Source: Porticoccaceae bacterium
GTDB lineage: Bacteria > Pseudomonadota > Gammaproteobacteria > Pseudomonadales > GM7GCV1
Assembly (NCBI GenBank): GCA_038145405.1
Contig: JAYQPQ010000003.1
Coordinates: 1 to 59,451, forward strand
Length of the DNA stretch: 59,451 nucleotides
Reading direction: 5' to 3'
Shown here: positions 8,541-17,923 of the stretch, in pieces
Position numbering within the stretch: the stretch's first letter is position 1
Layout of the letters: each line of letters begins with the position of its first letter
Made by a program: the position numbers and the translations under genes
The notes under the pieces: model-generated
What the model saw: only the letters and a program-made list of their open reading frames with translations
Databases searched by the model: none
Told to the model about the DNA's origin: nothing

Positions 8541-11276
8541 TCAGGCAGCCGATGCCTCTTGCGAGGTGCCGTTGCGCGGATCATTGGACGGCCGCTGAAT
8601 ATTCCTCGGCGTATGCATTACCGCTGCGGGAAGTGCCGTATCCAGCATCCCGGAAAAGGCCGGGGCAGGGCGGAGGGTTTCAATATCTACCGAATCCTGC
8701 TGAGCTGGACTGACGCGCGGATCATTGGAAGCGCGGGTGTAGACCTTGGGCTCGTAAGCCGCTCGTCGGGTCGCCTTCACCTCAACCGTGGACAGGTTGC
8801 TTTTCTTCGGACGCGACTCCGCTTTGGCCCGTTCGCGCGGTGCGCGCTTCTCGAGGGGCGCCTCGGCTAGAGGTGAGGATTCGACGGCAGCTTCCATTGC
8901 CGGTGCAGCCGGAATTTCTACCTCTTCTGTCCGCGCAGGAGTTACTTCGGAAGGCTGGAATGCCTCGAATTCAGTCTGGGCCTCCAGCGGAGATTTAAAG
9001 CCTTCGCTGGTCAACAGGTCTTCCGACCCGGCCGGTATTTCCAGTTCCATAGGTTCAGCGCGATTGCGACGACGCTGCGGGCGATCGTCGCGTCCACTGT
9101 GCCTGCGCTGTTGCAGCTGATCGTCGCGCTCCTGGCGGTTTCGCTGAGGCGCTTCGCGGCTGGCAGCTTCCTGTTCGCGCGGTTGCTGCTCGACAGCCTG
9201 ATTCGCCACTTCGCCGTTCTGACGGTCGCCACCGCGGCCGCGACGGCGCCGGCTGTTGCGGGAACGCGGTGCACGGTTGTCAGCGTTCTCGCCCTGGGCT
9301 TCCTGGGATTCGCGCGGCTGGCGATTGTCGCGGTTATCGCGCTGTTCCTTGTTGTCTCGATTTTCCCGATTTTCGCGGTTGTCCCGATTCTCCCGGTTGT
9401 CCCGGGCTTCCCGATTTTCATTGCGATCCCGGTTGCCGCCTCCCTGGGACTCGTTGGGACGACGGTTGCGATCCCCCGAACCCGAACCGCGACGACGACC
9501 GCCACGGCGCTGATTGCGTCCGCGCGGTGCCGGTGCTTTCTCTTCCTGTTTCGGTTCGGCGGCAAACAGCCCTTTGACGCCAGCCAGAATGCGGGCCAAC
9601 AGGCCGGGGCCCTTGGGCTCGGCTACTACCTGGGGTTCAGGTTCCGGCTTGCGCACGACAACTGGAGCGGCGGTGGGCGGAATAGGTTTTACAGCCGGTT
9701 GCGGAGGCACTGGCAGCTCGCCAAGGGTGACCTCGGGTTCAGGTACGCCGATGGGTTCCTTGGGTTCGGTCTGGAAGCTCAGCGACTGTTCTTCGTTGTC
9801 CTGCGGGCGTAGGCGGCGGATGTGATAGTGCGGCGTCTCCAGGTCGGGACGCGCAATCACCAGAATGCGCACCTTGGACTGGCGCTTTTCCAGTGCATAA
9901 AGCGCGTTGCGCTTTTCGTTAAGCAGAAAACTGGCCACTTGCAGGGGCACGAAAACGTGTACCTCGGAGGTGAACTCCTTCTGGGCTTCCTCTTCGATCA
10001 GACGCAGGATGGACAGTGCCAATGAGCGCACGCCGCGGATGGTGCCCTGGCCTTCACAGCGCGGGCAAACTTCGAATACGGTTTCTTCCAGCGAGGGTCG
10101 CATGCGCTGGCGCGACATTTCCATCAGGCCGAAATTGGAGATCTTGGCGATCTGCACGCGCGCCCGATCCAGTTCCAGCGACTGGCGCATGCGGTCTTCG
10201 ACCATGGTCCGGTTGCGCGCCGGGGTCATATCAATAAAGTCGATAACAATCAGGCCGCCGATATCGCGCAGGCGCAGTTGGCGACCGATTTCGTCGGCAG
10301 CTTCCAGGTTGGTCTTGAGCGCGGTTTCCTCGATGTCGCCGCCACGGGTCGCACGCGAGGAGTTGATGTCGATCGAAACCAGGGCTTCGGTGACATCGAT
10401 GACGAGTGAGCCGCCACTGGGCAGTTTGACTTCGCGTTCGAAGGCGGTTTCGATCTGGCCTTCAATCTGGAAGCGGTTGAACAGGGGCAATTCATCGTCG
10501 TAGTACTTTACCTTGCTCTTGTATTCCGGCATGACCTGCTGAATCCACGCCGAGGCCAGCTGGTAGGACTCCAGATGGTCGACGTAGATCTCGCCGATAT
10601 TGGGCTTCAGGTAGTCGCGAATGGCGCGCAGGATGATGTTGCTTTCCTGAAACAGGAAGTGGGGCGCCTTGCAGGCCTTGGCTTCCTTGTCCACCGACTC
10701 CCATACATTAAGCAGGTAGTTCAGGTCCCACTGTAGCTCTTCGGCGGTGCGGCCGACGCCAGCCGTGCGCACGATAATGCCCATGCCCTTGGGAATTTCC
10801 AGGTCCTGGATGGCGTCGCGCAGGTCATCGCGCTCATTGCCTTCGATGCGGCGGGAAATGCCGCCGGCGCGGGGATTATTGGGCATCAGCACCATGTAGC
10901 GGCCGGCCAGGCTGATAAAAGTGGTGAGGGCGGCACCCTTGTTGCCGCGCTCTTCTTTCTCGACCTGTACAACGACCTCGGTACCTTCTTTCAGCACCTC
11001 GTTGATACGGGGTTTGCCGCCGCTCTTTTTCTTGTCGCCGGTGAAGTATTCGGGTGAGATTTCCTTGATCGGCAGAAAGCCATGGCGCTCAGCGCCGTAA
11101 TCGACAAAGCAGGCTTCCAGGCTGGGCTCGATGCGGGTAATGCGGCCCTTGTAGATGTTGGCGAGCTTTTGCTCGCGCGCGCGGTTTTCAATATCGAGGT
11201 CGTAAAGTTTTTGTCCGTCGACCAGGGCAACCCGGATTTCTTCGGGTTGGGTCGCGTTGATCAGCATGCGTCGCAT
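8541..11276 (-). CDS. rne: Ribonuclease E
   Basis: N-terminus [30 protein letters not shown]. The catalytic half has the S1 domain and the CPRCEGQG zinc link. The long Arg/Pro/Glu-rich C-terminal scaffold half is low-complexity. Confidence 0.95.
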   Translation of the reverse strand: MRRMLINATQPEEIRVALVDGQKLYDLDIENRAREQKLANIYKGRITRIEPSLEACFVDYGAERHGFLPIKEISPEYFTGDKKKSGGKPRINEVLKEGTEVVVQVEKEERGNKGAALTTFISLAGRYMVLMPNNPRAGGISRRIEGNERDDLRDAIQDLEIPKGMGIIVRTAGVGRTAEELQWDLNYLLNVWESVDKEAKACKAPHFLFQESNIILRAIRDYLKPNIGEIYVDHLESYQLASAWIQQVMPEYKSKVKYYDDELPLFNRFQIEGQIETAFEREVKLPSGGSLVIDVTEALVSIDINSSRATRGGDIEETALKTNLEAADEIGRQLRLRDIGGLIVIDFIDMTPARNRTMVEDRMRQSLELDRARVQIAKISNFGLMEMSRQRMRPSLEETVFEVCPRCEGQGTIRGVRSLALSILRLIEEEAQKEFTSEVHVFVPLQVASFLLNEKRNALYALEKRQSKVRILVIARPDLETPHYHIRRLRPQDNEEQSLSFQTEPKEPIGVPEPEVTLGELPVPPQPAVKPIPPTAAPVVVRKPEPEPQVVAEPKGPGLLARILAGVKGLFAAEPKQEEKAPAPRGRNQRRGGRRRGSGSGDRNRRPNESQGGGNRDRNENREARDNRENRDNRENRENRDNKEQRDNRDNRQPRESQEAQGENADNRAPRSRNSRRRRGRGGDRQNGEVANQAVEQQPREQEAASREAPQRNRQERDDQLQQRRHSGRDDRPQRRRNRAEPMELEIPAGSEDLLTSEGFKSPLEAQTEFEAFQPSEVTPARTEEVEIPAAPAMEAAVESSPLAEAPLEKRAPRERAKAESRPKKSNLSTVEVKATRRAAYEPKVYTRASNDPRVSPAQQDSVDIETLRPAPAFSGMLDTALPAAVMHTPRNIQRPSNDPRNGTSQEASAA
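9322..9438 (-). repeat. About 13 tandem 9-nt units inside rne encoding an (R-D/E-N)n tripeptide array
   Basis: The plus strand reads attgtcgcg gttatcgcg ... attttcccg attttcgcg gttgtcccg attctcccg gttgtcccg ggcttcccg. The coding strand gives [38 protein letters not shown]. Confidence 0.7.
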
Positions 11277-11717
11277 GAGTTACTCCATAAAATTGCGAGA
11301 ACACATGCACGACATACCGGCCCCGCAGGGGAGGGTAGGTCTTTTATCGGGGCTTATCCGCGGTGAAACAACAAGGATCGGATGCCGGAACGCAGGCCAG
11401 GGCCTGTCAGGGCGGCTAACTAATGTTGGTGATCCTGGAGTTTTCCGTTGTTTTCACTGTGGCCAATTGGCTGGTTACTTTTCGTCGACACCTTTTTTCT
11501 CGTCTCTGTGTCGACCCGGGGATAAACCTGAAATTCATGTGCCTCGCGGGCTTTTTCCGCCCCTGCGCTGTGCAGGAGGCTCCAAATTTTTCGCGGGGAT
11601 GGCCAAACCCTTTATACTTTGCGGGCAGTTGGCGACATCCGGCTTGCTCTGGTCATGCTGGGAATAAATCTGCCACAGCAACGGGGGAACTATAGCAGAT
11701 CGAATGTTCTCTGTCAT
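11277..11717 (-). promoter_or_regulatory. Candidate rne promoter (ATGACA-17 nt-TATAGT) and a roughly 400-nt rne 5' leader
   Basis: On the minus strand the -35 ATGACA is at 11717-11712, the spacer is 17 nt, and the -10 TATAGT is at 11694-11689. That leaves about 400 nt of non-coding leader before the rne ATG (11276). E. coli rne also has a long autoregulatory leader. Confidence 0.4.
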
Positions 11718-11778
11718 AAATTTTTCAAGCAGTCACGAGGACTTAGCGTGGTTTTATCCCAAGTAGTGGCAGGCCGCC

Positions 11779-12720
11779 GTGGCTGAACAAAATCAAGTAC
11801 AGCGCGTTCAGGTGGACGCCGATCAGGCCGGGCAGCGGCTGGACAACTTTCTGCTGACCCAGCTCAAGGGCGTGCCGCGCTCGCATATTTACAAAATCCT
11901 GCGCTCCGGCGAAGTGCGGGTGAACAAGGGCCGAGCCAAGCCGCATCAGAAGCTGGCTTTTGGCGACGAGGTGCGCATTCCGCCGATACGCACAAGCAGC
12001 GAGCAGGTGCGTCGCGTGCCGGATGACCTGGCCCAGCGTCTGCGCGAACAGATCATTTTTGAAGACGACGCGCTGTTGGTTATCAATAAGCCGGCCGGTC
12101 TGGCCGTGCACGGCGGCAGCGGCGTCAGCCTGGGCCTGATTGAAGCCCTGCGCCAGGCTTTGCCTGGCGAAAAGCGTCTGGAACTGGTGCACCGCCTGGA
12201 CCGCGATACTTCCGGTTGCCTGATGGTGGCGCGCAGCCGTCAGGCCTTGCTGGCCATGCAGGAGCAATTACGCGACCAGGAGCTGGGCAAACATTATCTG
12301 GCACTCTGTGCGGGCCAATGGCCACGCCATGTGCGGGTGGTGGATGCGCCGCTGGATCGCAGCAAGGGCGGGGCGGGTGAACGCATTGTGCGGGCCAGTC
12401 AGGACGGCAAGATGGCGCGCACCGAGTTTCGTGTGAAACGCCGCTTCGCCGAGGCCACCCTGCTCGATGTGCAGCTGGAATCGGGACGCACCCATCAAAT
12501 TCGCGTGCACAGCCAATTGGCTGGCCATCCACTGGTGGGTGATGACAAGTACGGTAAGCGCGAGGACAACAAGCAATTCAGTCAACTGGGGCTGAAGCGC
12601 ATTTTCCTGCACGCTGCACGACTGGAATTTGTTCATCCCATCAGTGGTGAGCCGATGGAAGTCGAAGCACCGCTGCCGGACGATCTGCAGACGCTGCTCA
12701 GTAAACTGCAACCCGGCTGA
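11779..12720 (+). CDS. rluC: 23S rRNA pseudouridine synthase RluC (RluA family with S4 domain)
   Basis: GTG start. It has an S4-like N-terminus (RLDNFLLTQLKGVPRSHIYKILRSGEVRVNKGR) and the catalytic HRLDRDTSGCLMVA. It is divergent from rne, as in E. coli and Pseudomonas. Confidence 0.9.
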   Translation: MAEQNQVQRVQVDADQAGQRLDNFLLTQLKGVPRSHIYKILRSGEVRVNKGRAKPHQKLAFGDEVRIPPIRTSSEQVRRVPDDLAQRLREQIIFEDDALLVINKPAGLAVHGGSGVSLGLIEALRQALPGEKRLELVHRLDRDTSGCLMVARSRQALLAMQEQLRDQELGKHYLALCAGQWPRHVRVVDAPLDRSKGGAGERIVRASQDGKMARTEFRVKRRFAEATLLDVQLESGRTHQIRVHSQLAGHPLVGDDKYGKREDNKQFSQLGLKRIFLHAARLEFVHPISGEPMEVEAPLPDDLQTLLSKLQPG

Positions 12721-12724
12721 ACCC

Positions 12725-13360
12725 ATGCTCTATATCTTCGACTGGGACGGCACTCTGGTGCGTTCGCTCGACCATATTGTCGAGTCGATTGACTATGCCG
12801 CCGGGCGCATCGGCCTGCCTTCGCGGCCCCAGGACTTGCGTCGATCCGTCATTGGTCTGGGTCTGGAGGAGGCCCTGTCGGGCCTCTATCCTGAAGCCGG
12901 CGAGCGGGAGCGCGACTTGCTTCTGCAGTATTACAAGGAAAGATACCTGGAGCTCGATCGGGCTGAGCCCACGCCCCCATATGAAGGTGTGGAGGAAACG
13001 CTGGATCACTTGCTGGGTCAGGGGCACCAGCTGGCGGTGGCCACCGGCAAGGCGCGGCTCGGGCTGGAACGGGTAATGAATAATCTCGATCTCGGCCGCT
13101 ATTTCGTGGCCACCCGCTGTGCCGATGAGGCGCGCTCCAAGCCGCATCCTCTGATGTTGCAGCAATTGCTGGCTATGACCGGTTATCGTGCCGAAGACGC
13201 TCTGATGGTAGGTGATACGGACTTTGACCTGAATATGGCCAAGCAGGCCGGCGTAGGCGCCGTAGGGGTGACCTATGGCGCCCATCCGGTGGCGCGATTG
13301 CGTGCCTGCCAGCCAATCAGGCTGATCGCCGATATTCGCGAGCTGCGCGAACCCGACTGA
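12725..13360 (+). CDS. HAD-superfamily hydrolase (phosphoglycolate-phosphatase-like)
   Basis: ATG 12725 gives MLYIFDWDGTLV (HAD motif I). Later motifs are ATGK and VGDTDFDLNMA. Confidence 0.8.
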   Translation: MLYIFDWDGTLVRSLDHIVESIDYAAGRIGLPSRPQDLRRSVIGLGLEEALSGLYPEAGERERDLLLQYYKERYLELDRAEPTPPYEGVEETLDHLLGQGHQLAVATGKARLGLERVMNNLDLGRYFVATRCADEARSKPHPLMLQQLLAMTGYRAEDALMVGDTDFDLNMAKQAGVGAVGVTYGAHPVARLRACQPIRLIADIRELREPD

Positions 13361-13368
13361 GTTATCGA

Positions 13369-14028
13369 TCAGGGAGAAGCGGCAGCTTCGGTGCGTGCGC
13401 GGTAGGCGCGCACCTGTTCGTTAAAGCCGTTGGCCACGGTCTGCAGTTCGTTGTTCATCGCGTTGTAGAGTTCAACGATGCGATCCTGCTCCTCCGGCGT
13501 CACGCGCTGGGCCACATCCCGCAGGCAATCCAGATTGGCGTTGGCCTCATTGGCAAAGCCGCGCACGGCTGCTTGCGCTTCCATAATGGCGGCTTCGTCG
13601 GCACTGCTGCCATCGATCGTCACCTCATAGGGCGCCGGACGTGGGCAGTTCTCGCCGGACGTAATGCTGGCATAGGGGGACACATCGGGCCGCGCGTTGA
13701 ATATCTGCGCCTGGCTGTTGTAGGCCTCCACCGTGGCAACGCGTTCGCTGACTACTTCGTTATAGAGCTCCTGCAGTCTGGGCAGGCTTTCTTCAGGCGC
13801 GGTTTGTGCGACCTGTTCCAGACACAGCAGATAGGCATCGGCGGCCTGGGCATAGGTTTGAATCTGGGCCTGGACTTCCAGTACCTGGGCCTGAGTGGCG
13901 GTGCTGCCGTCGAGTTCGACGCGCATGGCGTCGGGGCGGGGGCAGCTATCGGCTACTTCCTGGGTGAGGCCCAGAATGGGGAAAATAAGAAGCAGGCTAG
14001 TAATAAGTGTTCGTGAATAGGTGTGCAT
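13369..14028 (-). CDS. Secreted hypothetical protein made of two homologous ~90-aa repeats
   Basis: ATG at 14028 is preceded by GGAGGGAGGGA. A signal peptide is present (MHTYSRTLITSLLLIFPILGLTQE). Two gap-free alignable repeats each begin with CPRP and contain a second Cys. The track ORF continues to 14373 only because the upstream non-coding element has no stop in frame. Confidence 0.7.
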   Translation of the reverse strand: MHTYSRTLITSLLLIFPILGLTQEVADSCPRPDAMRVELDGSTATQAQVLEVQAQIQTYAQAADAYLLCLEQVAQTAPEESLPRLQELYNEVVSERVATVEAYNSQAQIFNARPDVSPYASITSGENCPRPAPYEVTIDGSSADEAAIMEAQAAVRGFANEANANLDCLRDVAQRVTPEEQDRIVELYNAMNNELQTVANGFNEQVRAYRARTEAAASP

Positions 14029-14067
14029 GGTGAATCCCTCCCTCCTTTGGTTTGTTATGGAAAGCTT

Positions 14068-14393
14068 GGGAACCTCTGAATTACTCGTTGGTGGCCGAGA
14101 CGCTGACTTCGCGGTCTGTCCGACAAGGCGGGTCGCGCCGCCAATGCTGGTTGCCCTTGGCCAGTGACCACGGGTTTTTGCTCCTGTAAAACCCGCATAA
14201 TTGCCAACCCTGCCAAAAAACGCCGCCGGATAGGCCGAAAAGTCGCGTCCCGCAGGGGTTTGGCCGCTTTGGCGTCCTCGCGTTGTTGCGTCGCTCGTCC
14301 TATAGCTACGGCATGGGACCTTCGCGCCGCGCCTCGCGATCTTCGCCAAAGCAAACCAAACTCGGCTCATCAAGGAACTATTCAGAGGTTCCC
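14068..14393. repeat. 326-bp intergenic element bounded by perfect 14-bp inverted repeats (MITE-like element or structured RNA)
   Basis: GGGAACCTCTGAAT at 14068-14081 and its exact reverse complement at 14380-14393. The inverted repeat continues imperfectly for about 20 more bp (TTGgTG-GCCGAG versus TTGaTGaGCCGAG). There is an internal perfect hairpin at 14171-14195. No credible ORF is present. Confidence 0.45.
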
Positions 14394-14431
14394 TTGCGAC
14401 ATTCTAGTAATGCCGACACCCCGTTGTCGTT

Positions 14432-15064
14432 TTATTTTTGTTGGGACGAAAGATCGACTGAATCCGATGCCACCGAGGGTAGCGCAACGCCGGCTTTGCG
14501 CAGCATACTACACAAGCGGATCAACGGCAGGCCGATCAAGGCACTGGGATCGCGGCTGTCGATGCGGCTGAACAGGCTGATACCGAGCCCCTCGCACTTG
14601 AAGCTGCCGGCACAATCCAGGGGCTTGTCCAGGCGAACGTAGTGGGCAATTTCGTCTCTATCCAGCTCGCGAAATTGGACGCGCACGGTCTCCACTGTAC
14701 TCTGCGCGAACCCCGCCGCCATACCCACCAGTGCCAGACCGGTATGAAATTGCACCACGGCTCCACTAAAGCTGAGTAGCTGAGCGATGGCTGCGGCTTC
14801 CGATCCGGGCTTGCCGATCAGTTGTCCGCGGCATTCGGCAACCTGATCGGAGCCAATCACCAGGGCGTTAGGGAATTGTCGACACACAGCCTGCGCCTTG
14901 CGCATGGCCAGACGTTCGGCCCAGGCGGGCGGTGCCTCCTGGGTGTCTGGAGATTCGTCGATGCCGGGAATAGCCACCTGAAAGGGCAGGCGCAGGCGAC
15001 GCAGTAATTCGGCGCGATAGGGCGAGCCGGAGGCGAGCACAATCTCGGGTGGGGAAGGCTTCAT
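14432..15064 (-). CDS. maf: Maf-family nucleoside triphosphate pyrophosphatase (YceF-type)
   Basis: ATG 15064 gives MKPSPPEIVLASGSPYRAELLRRL..., with the IGSDQV and DKPLDCAGSFKCEG motifs. It is divergent from yceD, as in E. coli. Confidence 0.88.
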   Translation of the reverse strand: MKPSPPEIVLASGSPYRAELLRRLRLPFQVAIPGIDESPDTQEAPPAWAERLAMRKAQAVCRQFPNALVIGSDQVAECRGQLIGKPGSEAAAIAQLLSFSGAVVQFHTGLALVGMAAGFAQSTVETVRVQFRELDRDEIAHYVRLDKPLDCAGSFKCEGLGISLFSRIDSRDPSALIGLPLIRLCSMLRKAGVALPSVASDSVDLSSQQK

Positions 15065-15128
15065 CCTGGGGGCTTCCTGAGGGGGCCAAAATTGCCGGTA
15101 AAACAAACCATTAGCAGCCTATTTTGCT

Positions 15129-15157
15129 TTGACAGCCTGCACCTGAGTGCCTAGAAT
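15129..15157 (+). promoter_or_regulatory. Near-consensus sigma70 promoter for the yceD-rpmF-plsX-fab operon (TTGACA-17 nt-TAGAAT)
   Basis: TTGACA at 15129-15134, a 17-nt spacer, and TAGAAT at 15152-15157. Confidence 0.6.
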
Positions 15158-15189
15158 GGCGCGCCCAAGTGGACAGGGGGCGAGCCGTC

Positions 15190-15696
15190 ATGTTTCCCAC
15201 GCGTATCGAGCCTCGCTTGGCTGCTGGGCAGCGCAAGCGGATCGAGGGAAAAGTGCCAGCCAGTTTACTGCAGCGCCTTGTCGAAGCGGTACCCGCTCTG
15301 GGCGAAGTGACAGTTGATCTGGGCTTTTTCCGCGACGACCAGGGTCGTTGCTGTGTTGAGGGCCAGCTGGCTGTCGATCTGGAGTTGCAGTGCCAGCGCT
15401 GCTTGCAGGATTTTGCCACGCACATTGAGGCCGACGTCAAGGCCGCAGTGGTCTGGTCCGATGAGCAGGCCCGCAATCTGCCCGCCGAGCTTGATCCCTG
15501 GCTGGTGGAAGGCGAAGTGCTGGATCTGGGCTCGGCCCTGGAAGATGAATTATTGCTGTCGTTGCCGACCATGCCCCTGCATCCTCGCGAGGATTGCACT
15601 GGAGCAACGGGATACCGCACCGATCGCGTTGTTGAGATAAATAAACCCTTTGCTGGATTGCACGTACTGAAAGGGCATCCGGAAAACGAGAACTAG
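15190..15696 (+). CDS. yceD: YceD (DUF177) large-ribosomal-subunit accumulation protein
   Basis: Two CxxC pairs are present (LQCQRCLQ and a later Cys), with an acidic tail. It lies immediately upstream of rpmF. ATG 15190 is preferred over GTG 15169 because the promoter -10 ends at 15157 and AGGGGG precedes 15190. Confidence 0.82.
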   Translation: MFPTRIEPRLAAGQRKRIEGKVPASLLQRLVEAVPALGEVTVDLGFFRDDQGRCCVEGQLAVDLELQCQRCLQDFATHIEADVKAAVVWSDEQARNLPAELDPWLVEGEVLDLGSALEDELLLSLPTMPLHPREDCTGATGYRTDRVVEINKPFAGLHVLKGHPENEN

Positions 15697-15707
15697 TGGA
15701 GTGAATC

Positions 15708-15902
15708 ATGGCCGTTCAGAAGAGTCGTAAAACCCCCTCACGTCGCGGCATGCGACGTTCGCACGATGCCCTCAAGGCGTCGACCCTGGCGGTGGATTCC
15801 GTATCCGGTGAAAAGCACCTGCGCCACCACGTCACCGCTGACGGTTTCTACCGCGGCCGCAAAGTGATTGACAAGGATTCGGTCGCCGAAATCGAAGACT
15901 AG
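15708..15902 (+). CDS. rpmF: 50S ribosomal protein L32
   Basis: [23 protein letters not shown]...; 64 aa. Confidence 0.97.
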   Translation: MAVQKSRKTPSRRGMRRSHDALKASTLAVDSVSGEKHLRHHVTADGFYRGRKVIDKDSVAEIED

Positions 15903-15931
15903 GTCCGGGTCGGTCACGACCTCATCCCATT

Positions 15932-16963
15932 TTGCAGAATAGTCTCCATCTCGCGGTGGATGCCATGGGCGGCGACCTCGGGGTCGCCGCGACCGTGGCC
16001 GCCGCGCTCGACCGGCTTCACGCCCATGCCCACCTTCGCCTTAGCCTGTTCGGTGACGCCGAGCTTATCGATCGGCAGTTGGCCGGCTTTCAGTCGTCCC
16101 GACTGCAGGTGGAGCATTGCGTCTCGGCCGTAGGTATGGACGAGAAGGTCTCCTCGGTATTACGCACCAAGGCTGATTCCTCAATGGCGCGCGCCATGCT
16201 AGCGGTGCGCGATGGCCAGGCCGACGCCCTGGTTTCAGCCGGTAACACGGCAGCGCTGGTCATCCTTGGTTTGCAGCACCTGGGCATGTTGCCCGGAATC
16301 GAACGTCCTGCGCTCTGCTGTGCCATGCCCAGTCGCGCTGGTCGCACCTGGATGCTGGATATGGGCGCCACCCTGGAGCCCAGTGTCGATCAACTGGTGC
16401 AGTTTACCCGTATGGGTTCCTGCCAGGTGCATTTGGGCGAAGGTATGGCGCGTCCGCGCATTGGCCTGCTCAATGTAGGCGCCGAGCTGTGCAAGGGCAC
16501 CAGCGCGGTGCGTCAGGTCGCCAGCCAGCTTGAGCAGGATACGGAGCTGAATTATTGTGGCTTCGCCGAAGGCGCCGACATCTTTTCCGGACGGTTTGAT
16601 CTGATCGTTTGTGATGGCTTTGCCGGCAATGTGGCGCTTAAGACGGCCGAAGGCGTAGCGGGCTATATCGGCGATTTCATCAGCGACTTCGGTCAGGCCA
16701 GCTGGATAAATCGACTTGCCCTCGGGCTGTTCCGGTCGCGTTTGCGCCAGGTGCGCCAGCGTATCGACCCCGCCGAATTCAATGGCGCACCGCTGCTCGG
16801 GCTCAATGGTCTGGTAGTCAAGAGCCGCGGCGGCGCCCAGGTCAGGGGCTTCGCCCGCGCGCTGGAGCTGGCCGCCGGGCTGGTGCAGAGCCGCATGCTG
16901 GAAGGGCTACGCAGCGAATTGGGTCGAGCGGCTACGGCTCCTGCGACAAAGATAATTCCATAA
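15932..16963 (+). CDS. plsX: Phosphate acyltransferase PlsX
   Basis: TTG start; LAVDAMGGDLG near the N-terminus and GFAGNVALKT later; follows rpmF. Confidence 0.9.
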   Translation: MQNSLHLAVDAMGGDLGVAATVAAALDRLHAHAHLRLSLFGDAELIDRQLAGFQSSRLQVEHCVSAVGMDEKVSSVLRTKADSSMARAMLAVRDGQADALVSAGNTAALVILGLQHLGMLPGIERPALCCAMPSRAGRTWMLDMGATLEPSVDQLVQFTRMGSCQVHLGEGMARPRIGLLNVGAELCKGTSAVRQVASQLEQDTELNYCGFAEGADIFSGRFDLIVCDGFAGNVALKTAEGVAGYIGDFISDFGQASWINRLALGLFRSRLRQVRQRIDPAEFNGAPLLGLNGLVVKSRGGAQVRGFARALELAAGLVQSRMLEGLRSELGRAATAPATKIIP

Positions 16964-16978
16964 CCCCCATAAGACAAG

Positions 16979-17923
16979 ATGAAGCAGAACCTCGCATTTG
17001 TTTTTCCCGGTCAGGGATCTCAGAAAATTGGCATGCTGGCGGATATTGCCGCCCAGTACCCTCTCATTGAAGCGACCTTCGCCCGCGCTTCCAAAGTGCT
17101 CGATTACGACCTTTGGGCGCTTGCACAGCAAGGTGAGCAGGACGCCATCAATCAGACCGCAGTCACCCAGCCGCTGTTACTGACGGCCAGCACGGCACTT
17201 TGGCAACTGTGGAACGAACTGGGCGGTGCGCAGCCTTCCTGCCTGGCGGGACACAGTCTGGGCGAGTGGTCAGCCCTGGTGGCAGCCGATGTGCTGGATT
17301 TTGAAGAAGCCGTGCGTCTGGTGCAGTTGCGCGGTCGCTACATGCAGGAAGCCGTACCAGCTGGCAAGGGCAGTATGGCGGCCATCGTCGGGCTGGATGA
17401 TGCCGCTGTCGAAGACAGCTGCCGCCAGGCGTCTGGCGACGAATTTGTCGCGCCGGTCAACTACAACTCCCCCGGACAGATTGTGATTGCCGGCCACAGT
17501 GCCGCGGTGGAGCGCGCCATGGAAGCATGCAAGGCGGCTGGTGCCAAGCGCGCGCTACCGCTGCCGGTTTCGGCACCCTTTCATACACCGCTGATGGCGC
17601 CGGCAGCCGTGCGCCTGTCGCGCGAGATGGAGAAGGTGGCCTTCAGAGCTCCGCGTATCCCCGTTATTCATAATGTGGGTGTAGGATCAGTCGATGACCC
17701 GACAGAAATCCGTCATCGCATGGTGCAGCAAATCACCGCTCCCGTGCCCTGGGTCGAATGCGTCAAGACCATAGGTGCACGTGGGTGTACCGAGCTGTTG
17801 GAATGTGGACTGGGCAAGGTTCTGTCCGGCCTTAACAAGCGCATTCTCGACACGGTGAATACGCTGAATATCGATACCCTGGCCAGCCTGCAGGCCGCCC
17901 TGAGCGAAGGAGAAACCTCATGA
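16979..17923 (+). CDS. fabD: Malonyl-CoA:ACP transacylase
   Basis: FVFPGQGSQ, the active-site GHSLGEWSA, and PVSAPFHT. Confidence 0.95.
   Translation: MKQNLAFVFPGQGSQKIGMLADIAAQYPLIEATFARASKVLDYDLWALAQQGEQDAINQTAVTQPLLLTASTALWQLWNELGGAQPSCLAGHSLGEWSALVAADVLDFEEAVRLVQLRGRYMQEAVPAGKGSMAAIVGLDDAAVEDSCRQASGDEFVAPVNYNSPGQIVIAGHSAAVERAMEACKAAGAKRALPLPVSAPFHTPLMAPAAVRLSREMEKVAFRAPRIPVIHNVGVGSVDDPTEIRHRMVQQITAPVPWVECVKTIGARGCTELLECGLGKVLSGLNKRILDTVNTLNIDTLASLQAALSEGETS

Noticed and set aside
9250-9560. The regular short repeats in the rne C-terminal region, considered as a possible CRISPR-like or minisatellite locus.
   Set aside because: The units are 9 nt, contiguous with no spacers, and in frame within a continuous RNase E reading frame. 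This is a coding tandem repeat, not a CRISPR array.
14029-14373. An N-terminal extension of the secreted-protein ORF to 334 aa (track ORF 13369-14373).
   Set aside because: The extension runs through the inverted-repeat element and is Arg/Gly/Ala-rich. The internal ATG at 14028 has a strong GGAGGGAGGGA ribosome-binding site and is followed at once by a signal peptide.
14068-14393. The idea that the inverted-repeat element is a CsrB/RsmZ-type CsrA-sponge RNA, because one hairpin loop contains ACAGGAGCA.
   Set aside because: GGA motifs are not enriched over chance on either strand (about 5-6 in 326 nt). Most are not in hairpin loops. The element lacks the multiple stem-loops and terminator typical of Rsm/Csr RNAs.
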